Source: Mustelus asterias (lineage: Eukaryota). Taken from it: DNA of 64,000 bases. Position 1 is the stretch's first letter; every line of letters starts with the position of its first letter. Positions 23,293 through 35,625 of the stretch are shown here, in pieces. A model generated the notes under the pieces. It worked only from the letters and a program-made list of their open reading frames with translations. It ran no database searches and had not been told where the DNA came from. A program made the translations under genes and the position numbers. The stretch spans positions 26,474,001-26,538,000 of the forward strand of contig NC_135823.1 of the NCBI RefSeq assembly GCF_964213995.1. Reading direction: 5' to 3'.

Positions 23293-26123
23293 GTGTAGCT
23301 CGTCCCTCAATTTGAGAATGATGTCTACTCAGGGTATTAGGTTTCTACCATGGGCCTTCATGAGACCGAACAGACTTATTCTTGACCAGTAAATCTTTGG
23401 ACACATTTCTTTCCCTGCATTGGGATGCAGTTTGACAGCAAGTTGCTGCTATGTGATTGGGAGCAAGCTCCTCCCAGTCATTAATGTCTTTGGTGCCATA
23501 CGTCAAGGAGAGTTTCTGACAGTCTTTGAAGCATTTCATTTTCTTCTTCTCCCCTCACCCCCCCCAAAACAAAATGATGGCCACTTGATATTTGAGAAAA
23601 CAGGACTTGGTGGGGAAGACAGCTTTCAGCCATGCAGAGTGTCCAGTTCACTGAAGTTGGTATTTTAAAATTTGTTCTTGGGATCTTGCCATCACTGTCT
23701 AGGGCAGCATTTACTGCGCATCCAGAACTGCCCTTGGGAAGGTGGTGGTGAGCTGTCTTCTAACTCTGTTACAGACTTATGGTGAATGAACTTCTCTCCG
23801 TCATAGTGTACTGCAAGAATGCCCACATGAGGAAGGGAGTTCCAAGATTTTGGCCCATTGACAGCGAAGGAGAGATGCTTCAAATTCAGGATGATGTGTG
23901 ACTAAGAGAAGGTGAAAGGGGGGTTTTGCCATACATCTGTTTCCCTTGTCTTTCCAAGCGGTAGAGGTTGCAGGTAGGGAAGATGCTGTTGAAGGAGTCT
24001 TGCTGAGCTGCAGTGCACCCTCTTGATGGTATACATGACTGACATTGTGCATCATGGAGGGAGTGAATGTCAAAAGCGGTGGATGGAATGTTAATCAAGC
24101 AGGCTGCTGCTTTATCCTGGATGGTGTTGTGCTTCTTGAGTGTTGTTGGAGCTGCACTCTTCCATGCAAATGAGTGCATTCCATCACACTCCTGATTTGA
24201 ACTTTGTAGGCTCTGCAAATCAGGAAGTGCAAAATTCCCAGCATCTAATCTGCTCTTGATTACAACATCTGGAAGAAGCACTAAGGGCGGCAAGGGCACA
24301 GAATATACTCTGGGTAGGGGACTTCTGTGTCCATCATCAAGAGTGGCTAAATAGCACCATTAGTGACCATGCCAGCTGGTCCTAATGGACATCAACATGG
24401 TGGAATAATGATTCATCAATTGAGGGGACATGACCGGTGATAATCAGCAGGAGGTTTCCTTGCCCATGTTTGATTTGGTGCCACAAGAGTTCATGGGATC
24501 TGGAGTGAATGTTGGAGATTCCCACTGTGCCGCCAACTCTGGTGGGTCTGTCCTGCTGGGTGGGTCAGAATATACCCAGGGGTGGTGACAGTGGTGATTA
24601 AGACAATGTCTCTAACATATGATTTAGGGAGTATGACTTTGTCAGGCTGTTGCTTGACTAGTCTATGAGACATCTCTCCCAATTTTGGCACAAGTCTCCA
24701 GATGTTAATAAGCAGGGTCTTACAGGGTTGACAATTTGCCTTGGTCATTTCCAGTGCCTTGGTTAATGCCAGGTGGTCCATTTGGTTTCATTCCATTGAG
24801 AGTTCATAGCAGTTTATACAAATGAATGTCTTCCTTGGCCATTTTGAGGGCCGTTAAGAGTCAGACAAATTGCAGTAGAACTGAAGTCACATGTAGGCCA
24901 GACCAGATAAGGACAGCAGATTTCCTTCTATAAAGGAGATTAGTAAACCAGACGGGTTTTTATGACATTCAACAATGGTTTAATGGTTATCATTTGACTA
25001 CCTTTTAATTTCAGGTTTTTAAAAGTTTTTATTGATTGAATTTAAATTCCACCATCTACTGAGGTAGGATTTGTATCCTTGTTCCCAGAATACTAGCCTG
25101 GGCCTCGGGATTAGTAGTCTAGTAATATTACCACTGCTACTGCCTCCTTGAAGCAGGGCATTTGCACAAGGTTTGCCTGGATGATTGTGGAGCTGGCTTC
25201 AAGAAGGACACTGATGGTTGTCACATGATCCTCTCATTGAATCTAAAGGATGTGGCGGAGGCATTGCTGATGGAATTTTTCTAGCATTCTTATGTTTTGC
25301 AGATACTGGACGTGATCTTACCACCCATTCACACCACGCTCCTGCTACAGTGAAGACAGAGAATTTGGCGGCAAACCAAATCTCCGTTCACTACAGCGGG
25401 ATGGTAAAATCCCCCTGGCGTGAACGGTTGGAAAATTATGGCCACAGTGTCCAAGTCTCACGGCAGTTCAGGAGTGTGGTGACGACAATTGCCCTCTACA
25501 TTAGGACTTTCAGTGGAGAGCATTGTTGTCAAACACTCACTGCTGTATTTTGTGCAGCTGATCCAGTGTTGGATCTCTTCATTAATGGCAGCCATTGAGA
25601 GAGAAGGCTGCCAAGGTGTGGGAAGGATCGTATTTGGCTGACCAGGTTTGGGTTCATAAATGAGTTTTGTTTTGGCAACAATCAAGGACAGGCTGAGTTT
25701 CATGTATGTAGAATTGAAGACATTGAGAGTGGCTGGCAAATCCAGTGAGGGTCAGTGGATTGTACTCCAAAGATTTGGATGTCCAAGAAAATTTATCACA
25801 ATCCTGCAACGCTTCTTAATGATATACTGCAACTTGAATGGTAGGTCTGAAACAGACTGGAATTAAGCAAGGTAGTGTTATAGCACCCAAACAATTTACA
25901 ATCTACCTGACATTTAATCTCATTGAAAATCAACTATCCTTTGGTGTCAGCATTAAATGCCACCGAAGTAGAAAAGTCTTTCACTCCGTCACCTCCGTGC
26001 CAAAACTAATCTGACCACCATAAATATACATGATCTACAGTGTGTGGATGACTGTGGTGCTGTTGCTACTCTGTACCGTATGCGTAAAGCACTCTTGATC
26101 TCTTCAATTCTGCACACCGTACG
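23293..26123 (-). mobile_element. Decayed RTE-clade LINE with an inverted 5' segment (25745-26120 on +) and a nested CR1-like fragment at 23670-25145
   Basis: Minus strand: LSLSLIVAKTKLIYEPKPG, FPHLGSLLS, AINEEIQHWIS, and C-terminal KCFKD..KLSL....DINDWEELA. Plus strand: WIVLQRFGCPRKFITIL, GIKQGSVIAP, IHDLQCVDDC. Confidence 0.75.
25308..25443. mobile_element. Short MITE (Harbinger-like family)
   Basis: Imperfect TIRs GGACGTGATCTTACC / GGAAAATTATGGCC, with size and layout like 34069-34194. Confidence 0.45.
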
Positions 26124-26292
26124 GGCCAATATTTATCCCTCATCCAACATCACAAAGAAAAATAAATGATCTAGTAATTATCACATGGTTGTTTGTGGGA
26201 CATGGTTGTGCATAAATTGGCTGCTGTGTTTCCCACATTAAAGTAACTGCACTTAAAAGTAGTTAATTGGCTGCAAACTGCTTTGGAACATT

Positions 26293-26660
26293 CACAGAAC
26301 CACAGAATCCCTGCAGTGCAGAAGAGGCCGTTCGGTCCATCAAGTCTGTCCCGATTCTCCAAGTGAGCAACCCACCCAGGCCCTCCCATCTGTCCTATGG
26401 CCATAACCCCACACATTTACCATGGCTAATCCACCTAAACCACACATCTTTGGACACTAAGGGGCAATTTAGCGTGGTCAATCCACCTAACCTGCACATC
26501 TTCGAACTGTGGGAGAAAATTGGAATTCCCAGAGGAAACCCACACAGACACAGGGCGAATGTGCAAACCCCACACAGACAGTCACCCAAGGCCAGAATCA
26601 AACACGGGTCCCTCACGCTGTGATGTAGCAGTTCTAATCACTGTGCCACCGTGCTGCCCT
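26293..26660 (-). mobile_element. HE1-type V-SINE (older copy)
   Basis: tRNA head ending at 26660, V-domain and CR1-like tail. Confidence 0.85.
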
Positions 26661-28129
26661 CATGAGGTACTTTAGAATGACAAGTAAAATAAGGGAGATT
26701 ACAAATGTGCTATTTTGATTATGATACTGTTACAATCCTAGTTACAATCCTACTGGTCGAGAAGGTCCCAGAACGGAACCCTGGCTCTGAAAACCATCAC
26801 GTTTTATTTTAAGAAGACATGGAGAAACAGAGACACAGGACTACCAATTAGCAAAATGAACATGAAAAGAATACAATACTCCTTTACCGCTCCTTATCTT
26901 CAGAAAAGTACACATATTTCAAGGGTAGCACCCTACTCTGAAATGGAATAGCAAATGCCACTAAATCGACCTTTCATAGATTTCTCCTCAAAAACCCTGT
27001 AGATTGTCACAAGCGTTTCCAAACTCCACTTTCAAAAAGACATGCTTTCAAATCCTCTTTCAAACAATGCTTTCCATCAACAACAAAAATAGAAAATGCA
27101 GAAAAATCTCAGTAAGTCTGACAGCATCTGTGGAAAGAGAATCGGGCTAACATTTTGAGTCTGGAATGACAGATGATCTATGATCCACTCATAGCAACGG
27201 TTGAGGGAGGGAGGGTGCAAAGCGAGTTGGAAACATGGATGTGAGAAGGGTGGTATTTGGCTGACCAGGTTTGGGTTCATAAATGAGTTTTGTTTTGGCA
27301 ACAATCAAGGACAGGCTGAGTTTCATGTATGTAGAATTGAAGACATTGAGAGTGGCTGGCAAATCCAGTGAGGGTCAGTGGATTGTACTTGATCCTCTTT
27401 GAAGGTCTACTTCGAGGAGGTTGCAGGTGTCACGTAATGAACTGCTGCATAGCCTGAGCCACCTGTTACTGCATCATTTTGAACAAGTTGATGCTCTGCC
27501 AATGTTCCCTGTCCTTGATATTATGCACTTTGAATTGGAACTCTGTGTCCATCCTGTCGTGTTGTGTGGAGCGGCATGTGGATGTGGAGATGTGACAAGT
27601 TTCTGTTACTCTTGCTGTTGGTAATGCTCCTGCAGCTCTTGATACTGCTACTATCAGTGTGGCTCCTTCTCCTTTTGGTGATGGCATGGTTCTTGCTGCT
27701 CCTAGCTGTTGCTGCTTTCAGGCCAAACCCTATGAACACAAGCCTTTCAGTCTTTCACGTAGACAAGGAAGCAGCTACACAATTTCATTCTTTAAAGGTT
27801 TTCCAGCCTGTCAATTCCATTGATGAATGAATCTCCGCTCTGCTAAGTTCCACAAATCTTGGGAAACTCATGTGCTGGCTGTTATCAGCTGGAATGCTGT
27901 ATTAAAGACTGAATTAAGCAGTTCTTTATATTTTAACATTAATAAACCTAACATCTTCATGGGGCCTCCCAGCAGGCTACAGACACATTGCCATAAAAAG
28001 CCAGAAATGAGCGTGATCTATTCAATATTTAATCGATTCTAACACAGACTGACATTTTTTGGGTGGATGGCCACTACCCTCCCTTTCCAGCTGCACCTTA
28101 GGCCTCCTTGTCAGTTAAAATTCTGCTCT

Positions 28130-28430
28130 GATCGTCAGCAGGATATTTTATTCGGTGGCATCTCAACCAAGTTTGATCCTATCTTCACCCAATGTTTACA
28201 TATGTAGCTTCAGCAGAAATCCCTAGACACCAATTGCAGGAAGGAAGCACAGCTCACATTATTCCCCTCACTAGTCTGTGTTGTTTAGTTCAACCATCAC
28301 ATCTCTATTATCACCATTGCTGAGATCAGCCAACACAGCACAAATCAAGCACTGAAACCCAAAGCTTTCCTTGTCTACATGATTGCATGAACAGAGAGAG
28401 TACTTATAAACTGAGCCATCAAGGGATCAG
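28130..28430 (-). mobile_element. Degraded tRNA-derived SINE
   Basis: Minus-strand head TCCCTTGATGGCTCAGTT with a degenerate B box, followed by TGTGCTGTGTTGGCTGATCTCAGC. Confidence 0.45.
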
Positions 28431-31287
28431 TCTACTAGTACCTTTAGGACTAAGTAAGTTAAAATGGAAAAAAAACAACACTGAAAAAGACAGCAAGGCA
28501 ATTCAATGAAACAGATCCTTCTCAAAATGAAAAAGTTAAATCTGTGAAGTAGCATCTTGTTGAATTGTCAAACAAGCCTAAAAACTTTAAGGAAACTATG
28601 GTGACTTAAGATCACAAAGAAGGTACTGTTTAAAAAAGGAACTTCTTTATATAAATGAATAACAAAGTTTAACAATAACAGTAACTCAGCACACAGTAAT
28701 AACTATGAAAATAGGAGTGCCAGTAAAACAAGTCTTGCTTACAGCGGTTGCATTTTCTGAAGTTAAGGTCTCAAGGTTGCAAAGTTCTCTGCGCAGGTGC
28801 AATGGCTTCCACTGTCAAATTGCCAGAGTTTACTCTAGCAGGAGGAGGGAAGGTTCCTTTCTTCTAGATCTGCAGGTGTGGCACTTTCAAACTGCCTACT
28901 TACTTATTGCAGAAGCCATGGCTGTTCCTAAATGTCTTCCAGCATTTCTCTGAGTTGAAGCTTCTTCAAGATGGTTCTCTGTACATCTGTCAGCTTCCTG
29001 CCTTTTTCAATGTTTTTTGCCAGTACTTCTATTATATGACCTGTACAAGGATGCTATCACTTTCCATACAAGGCCAGTGGTAATTCCATTTCAGTTATCT
29101 GAAGTCTCCTTACCCATTGTAGTGATCAAAAGGGTCAAGGTTGTTCACACCTTAGAGTGGCTCATCAGTTCGTGTCTTTGTTTTTGGAGGAAAAGCCATC
29201 AAGTCAATGAGTTTCTATTTACTCTTTTGAACACTCATTGACTTTTAAACGTATATGTCTGACAATGTCTCCTCTTTATCAGGCTGAAGGGATTCCAGCC
29301 CAAATCCATGTGAGAAAGTCATGTGACCCTCAGAGTTCAACTTGGAAACAGTCTTTAAACTCAGTGCAAGGTTTAAAAAAATGTGACTTTCAAAAGTTAT
29401 TTATGAAAAAATTGTAATATCAGAACTGTGCATCATTACACTATCATCATATAGAGGAGTAATGGTCTGAGAATTCTATTCATACACGCTTAGTTTATGA
29501 CCGATGTTGCTTTCTTGCATTCGTTTTATAGTGACACTACTTTTGAAGTCTCTAACACTCAGTTGCATTATTTGCCTTGACAGGTTGTGGGTCCCATGGA
29601 ACCACCCAAATTGCCAATGTTTTCCATGGTAATTATATTATCAGTAACTCTCTACCACTAAAAGCACTTTTATTTTAGCAACAATGTAATTTAAATTTAA
29701 TTACAGAAAAGCAAATAAACAATGTAAAAGGCAAAAAATAGCATTTTTAAAGTTCCTGCTAAAGATAACATTAATGCTTTCTAAAATTAAGCATAAATCA
29801 ATCCCTGTCCTTCACCATGCACTGTTAATATGCTACTGCTGAAACGTAATAATGATTATGGTGAATTTGTTGAAGTGTGACATCGGCAGAAAATGAAAAC
29901 TAAGTTTTAATTATTATTGCATACTTTTGTGAGCCAATGAATCCTTTGAAGGAAGCTGACTAAATCATGTGTTTTCAGCGTTTATGGAAATAATCCAATT
30001 TGAAGTTAAATTAATCAAAAATTGTGTCAGGGACTTAAGTTTTTCCAAGAATGCGATAGCTCTATGTCATCAATCATATAATCCTGTGTAAGGATCATGG
30101 GAATAAGAAAGAAATAGAGAACTTGCATTTCCAAAAAGCCTTTCAAGATGTCTCAAAGTGCTTTACTGCCAATGAAGTATACTTGAAGGATACGATTGCA
30201 AGGTTGGAAATGTTGTAGCCAATTAATACGTAGTTAGATCCCACAAACAGCAATGAGTTAATGTCCAGCTAGTCCATTTTGATATTTTAGCCATGGCTGC
30301 AAAGAGTGGGCAAACAGGGATATAAAAGATGAATGTCTGAGGAATGGAAACTTTGGAGGCATAGTCTTATGTCTTGAGGAAGCTACAGAGATTGGGTGAG
30401 CAAGATCATAAAGGCATATAACCACAATAATGAGAATTTTAACTCTGGGAAATTGGGAGAACAAGCAGTCAATGTCAGACAGCTAGGTCATGGATGATGG
30501 AAGTTGAAGCAGGATATGGACAATGGGATGACTAGAGGTTTTTTTATGCATGGCAAAATATTGAGATCTACCAGAAAGCACTGCAGTTGAGTCTATAGGT
30601 TGCAATGGAAAATCCTACCCAGAGGCTTTGCTCTTTTGGATAATCTTGGGGTAGTTGGGCCAGATTTGGTTGAAATGCTTCATTCAAAATTGTCGGTGTT
30701 TAATTTTAGAAGCTATCAAAATTATATGTAGGGATGTCATCCTATAATCATGAACAGCAAATTAAATGAATATTCAGATAGTTCATCAAAATTATTTTAC
30801 AGTACTTTGTCTTCATTGAAATTAAAGCATAAAATAACGACCAGGATAAATGAATTAGCTTAAAAAATCACATCAGCAATGTGAACAATTTTCTATTACA
30901 GTGATTATTTTTAAAATATGGCTGACTGTACATTTATAGGCAAGGAATTCAAATGCAACTCCAGCTTTTACCTTAAGAAAATGGCAATTGTGAGAACATA
31001 ATTTGGTTCAGCGATTATGGCAACTACTGTCCTGGAGTTGCTATTCATAGTACAGTCAAAATTATGATAGCCTCTAAAATTATGTTGGTTTGCAATGGAA
31101 TTATGGCACTATTAATGGCAATGTAGTACATAAAAGTAAATGACTGTTTACTTACAACAAACATGGTGCTGGAGCCAATAAACATGGAACGAGAATTCAA
31201 TTTTAAAAAAACAATTACATTCAGACATGAAAAATGAGGAAAAGAGCAATTAGAAATGACAATCAGTAAATGCTTTCAGTTAAGTTA

Positions 31288-31580
31288 ATTTATTAGTTTC
31301 ACAAGTAAGCTTACATTAACACTGCAATGAAGCTACGGTGAAAATCCCTTAGTTGCCAAACTCCGGTGCCTATTCGGGTACACTGAGGGAGAATTTAGCA
31401 TGGCCAATGCACCTAACCAGCACGGTTTTCGGACTGTGGGAGGAAACCGAAGCACCCGGAGGAAACCCATGCAGACACGGGGAGAACGTGCAGAGTTCGC
31501 ACAGAAAGTGACCCAAGCCGGGAATGGAACCTGGGTCCCTGACGCTGTGAAGTAGCAGTGCTAACCACTGTGCCACCGTG
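31288..31580 (-). mobile_element. V-SINE family 2 (HE1 head with a different tail)
   Basis: Shares head and V-domain with HE1 but ends ...TTCATTGCAGTGTTAATGTAAGC(C/T)TACTTGTG..ACTAATAAA. The same family occurs at 51416, 53625 and 56303. Confidence 0.85.
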
Positions 31581-31986
31581 TCACTCCACGTTCGAATGCC
31601 AGAATGAATATCACGAAGAGTTTAGCTAGAATTTTATATACATTCCAAATGAATGTTTGAAAAAAGGATGCTTCTTTAAAATCAAAATCAAATGCATTCA
31701 ATTCATCGTGATGAAAAAATTTTCCTCAATTGTTTAGCTTTCCTTTCGCATGTACACCATCAGCACCAAAATATTCTTTTACATTTCAGAAAGATAATTC
31801 GACAATACTTTGAGATGTCTCCAGTTCCTTACTAATACCATTTTTAAAAATAAAATAAGACCAGTAGCATTATTTGTTGCTAAAATTTGGCTTCATGTTC
31901 CTTCAAGGACACAACTTGTATTTCAGCTGTCAGGTTAATTAGATGCTGACAAGCCTTGCAAAATCGTTAGGTCAATTAAAGAGATA

Positions 31987-32799
31987 TTATTCAACTATAG
32001 ATTTCAATTTCCGTGGAACAGTGTAAGAGACTAAAACATCAGAGTAGGAATGGGAAGAGTTAAAGTGATGATCTACAGATAGTTCAGATGGCATTTGTGA
32101 ACAGAACAAGATGTTTGGCAAATTAATCTGCAATTTGTCTCCCCACCATACACTGGAAGACACTATGAGCTGAGATGTAGAATGTTGGGTTAGAGGGAGA
32201 ATTATTGTTTCACACAGAAGGTGTACTGGGGTCCACGATAAACTGTGTAGGAGGAAGTCAATATGATTGTCCAGAAAAGTGCCAAGGGAAGAGCAGTGGA
32301 GGAGTGGTGGCATAGACTCGAGTTTTGTGAATGGAACAGATCCTCTAGAAAGCAAAGTGGAAAAAAATGATTCTGGGATAATGCTGGAAATAACAATTGG
32401 GGTGGAATGTGAGGTACAGGGAGCTGAGACACAGTTGTGAGGAGAGAGTAAAGGGTCAAGAAGAAAGTATGGCCAAATAGGATAAGAACCAGCCAAAAAC
32501 CCTGTTAACAAGAGCAGAGAAGAATCATCAGCTGGAGAAAAAGGATATTTCAGAAACTCGGGTGTGGAAGTTGCAACCGCCCAGTAAACAGAGGCAACAT
32601 TTAGAGACGGTAGCACAGGAAGCATGCAAAAAGCACTGGTGCATTGGTGACGAAGCTCAGCAGGAATGGAGTTGAGGGTGTGGGAAGAAGGAGCATGAAA
32701 GTCTTTGAGTAATCCACTCATTTTAGGCAGCATAAAAAGGGGCATACTATATTTGTTTCTGTAACACACTCCAGCATCCCAGTACTTTCTCTGCATCAT
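31987..32799 (-). other. 270-codon ORF of unknown nature
   Basis: Uninterrupted ATG-TAA frame in sequence I cannot assign to a repeat family. Ser/Leu/Pro-rich with no recognisable domain. Confidence 0.25.
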
Positions 32800-33532
32800 T
32801 TTGGCTCTAACCTCAATTTGCTCTCTCAGCTGTTCCCTCGCTACCCTTTAGTCAAGTGTCAAACAGTCCAGGGTCGTTGTCTTCTCCAGGGCCACATGAT
32901 TAATGGCATTCTGTACCGGCTGAGTGCTTACTCAGTGTTCATCTCAAATTCTTACTCGAGTTACTGGTTAAAAGTGATTAAGTATTTATTACAGTTATCG
33001 ACTCTTGCCAAAAGATTAAAGGACGTTAGCTGCTCCAGTGACCAATGTCAGCTAAATTTGCAGATGCAATACATTTATACTATCGGTGTACAATATTTTA
33101 TAATATTACATTCATATTACAGATCATAGAATCACAATATGGTTTCCTTACAGAAGGCGGTCATTGGCCCATTGTTTCTGTGCTGGCTCTCTGCAAGAGC
33201 AACTCACCCTCTCCCATTCCCCTGCCTTTCCTTGAAGCCATGCAAATGTTTTCAATTCAGATAATGATCCAATTCTCTTTTGAAAGTCACTATTGAATGT
33301 GCTACTACCACCATCTCAGGCAGTGCATTATATATCCTAACGACATATATTAACGCATTCTGTGCACTGGCATCTATCACACATAAGAAATCTGACAGAG
33401 TCCTCAGTGGAAGTCATTCAGTAAAATAACAGAATGGAACAAATGATAATATTTGCCAATCTAGGGATATTAAATAGCTAATACTACAAGCCAACACCCG
33501 AGGTATTGTATCAGAGGCTCAGAGCAATGTCA

Positions 33533-33980
33533 GCTGTGGCTCAGTTAGTAGCACTCATTTCTGAATCAGATGATCGTGGGTTCAAGTTCCACATCAGAGA
33601 CTTGAGCACATAATCAAGATAGATAGCCCAGTGCAGAATTGCGGGAGTGCTACATTGCTGGAGATTGAACCTTTCACATGCATTATTAAACCAAGGCTTT
33701 ATTTGTTATCTCAAATGGGCTTAAAAGTTCGAAAACAACTGTTTCGAAGGAATAGGGGAGTTTGCTCGGTATTGTGGCCAATATTCATGCCTTAACTATC
33801 TCATTATTGTTTAGGGATCATACTAAATGCAAATTGGCTGTTGCATTTCCTACATTACAACACTTCAAAAGTGCTTCATTTATTGTAAAGTGCTTTGGGA
33901 GATCCTGAGGTTCTCCCAAGGGGCTTGCAAGGTTCTCCCAAGGGGCCAAAGAGGCTATGGAAATACAAGTCTTTCCTTTC
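33533..33980 (+). mobile_element. Deu-domain SINE (SacSINE1-like), near full length
   Basis: GCTGTGGCTCAGTTAGTAGC A box, GGGTTCAAGTTCC B box, Deu core (GGCCAATATT, AAATTGGCTG.TGCATTTCCTACATTACAAC) and L2-like tail. Confidence 0.75.
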
Positions 33981-34068
33981 CCCTTTAGGGTTCCAAATAT
34001 GTGATCTTTCTGAATGAAAGAATTGCTGCACTGAAAGCATGATCCTCTAGAAATCACAAAGACTATTG

Positions 34069-34194
34069 GGGTGACTTTTCCCGTTCCGTCCGCCACAGGG
34101 ATCGGAGCAGGTGAGGGGCAGACCATGGAAATGTCCATTGACCTTGGGCGGGATTTTCCAGTTTTGGGGCGAGCGCGGCCAGAAAATCCCACCC
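34069..34194. mobile_element. Harbinger-type MITE with 3-bp TSD TTG
   Basis: TIRs GGGTGACTTTTC / GAAAATCCCACCC with TTG on both sides. A second copy lies inverted at 52400-52529. Confidence 0.75.
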
Positions 34195-35234
34195 TTGAAT
34201 ACTGTGGTCCAAATGAAAATCTACACCATAAACTTACCTACTAATGCAACTCACCAGTCTCAAAGATTGTAAACAATTATGCAAGATTCAGTCCCAAAAC
34301 AGTGCTCTACGTGAACAGGATCTGGAACCTGATAGGGGCAAAGTATTATCAACCACAATTCACAATTTTAAAAATCCTGATGTAGAAATATTTAAATGAT
34401 TGAAGGTAGAGACCATATGGCTAATTTTCACCTTCAAAGCAGATTTCTCACAATCTGTGGAACTCACTCATTTTTTATTCCTTTAATTTCTGAGAGTGGG
34501 GCAATCCACTCAACTAGACTACCCACTAAGTGGGAAAATTAAAATTAGCTTACAGACTTTCGCAATTATAAAATGCAAGATCTTCAGCTATGTCAGCAAT
34601 TCATGAGTCTACCCTGCGGCAGATGGACGTGCTCCTCCACTGGGTACAGTCACTCCCCAGGACTGTCACAGGAGAGTAGCAGTGCGTTTCAAGATGTGTT
34701 AATAATGGACCCAAGTTTCTCTAATGGAAGAGGTGCCACTTGACATCCTGTCCCTCCAGTCTGGCCTCCACAGACTACTGAAGTAAACAGCCTGACCTAG
34801 TCATACTGACAGAATCATACCTTAGTGTTCCAGATATCACCACCCCTAGGTATGTGGCGGCAGCACAGTGGTACACATTTGGAAGGGATTTGCCATGGGA
34901 AGCCTCAACATTGACCTGGGGCCCCACGAAGTCTCATGGCATCAGATCAAACATGGGCAAGGAAAACTCCTGCTGGATATCATCTATCATCTCTCCTCAG
35001 CTTATGAATCAGTATCCCTCGATGTTGAACACCACTTGGAAGAAGCACTGAGGGTGGCAAGTGCACAAAATGTACCTCAGTGGGGGACTTCAATGTCCAT
35101 CACCACGATGGCTCGGTAGCATGACTATTCACCAAGCTGGCTGAGTCCCAAAGGACATAGCTGCTAAAGTGGGTCTGTGAAAGGTGGTGAGGTAGCCAAG
35201 AGGAGAAACCTACTTGACCTCTTCCAGCCAATCT

Positions 35235-35625
35235 ACCTGTCACAGGGGTATGTTCTTTGCAGACAGAAGGAACATGTACATATATTGCATCTGTTTCAGC
35301 TAAACAAAATAAGTGATAGCCATTTGCTGGTTCATTCCTCAGGGCAATGCCACACCCAATCACAGACAAGCTACCTGGTTTAAAGTTTCAAGCAATGCTT
35401 GGCACTTAACTGCCAGTCACTATTAACTGCTGCATTCTCCATGGCAATGCCTCTACCAATCAGCATCCACTTAACAACCAATCAGCAATCTCTTCTCATA
35501 CAGTATAAAATAGTTGTTTTCCCTCATATTTGTATTCTTGCAATTGTCCTGATGAGTACATGACAAAAAGCTTCAACAAAATGTCCTTTTATCAGCAATA
35601 CTCAAATTGTGTATGACCAAATGAG
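35235..35625 (+). mobile_element. Old Penelope-like 3' (pLTR) fragment with decayed hammerhead at 35545-35578, nested in an old CR1-like LINE (34780-35975)
   Basis: Repeated CCAATCA boxes and a TATAAA, followed by UGUC-CUGAUGA-GU-ACAUG-AC-(G>A)AAA-AGCU-UC-(G>A)ACA. Confidence 0.55.

Larger units (their letters stand above)
23130..26292 (+). mobile_element. Deu-domain SINE split by a nested RTE, CR1 and MITE
   Basis: 5' half at 23130-23292 and 3' half at 26124-26292. GGCCAATATT is duplicated at 23283-23292 and 26124-26133. Confidence 0.65.

Noticed and set aside
27390-27870. ORF cluster including a Leu-rich 88-aa frame
   Set aside because: Low complexity and probably a decayed transposon remnant. 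I could not assign it.
30972-31075. Minus-strand phase-1 open segment with donor AG|gtaaaa
   Set aside because: Weak acceptor, ends in phase 2 (incompatible with the next exon) and shows no Sdk similarity.
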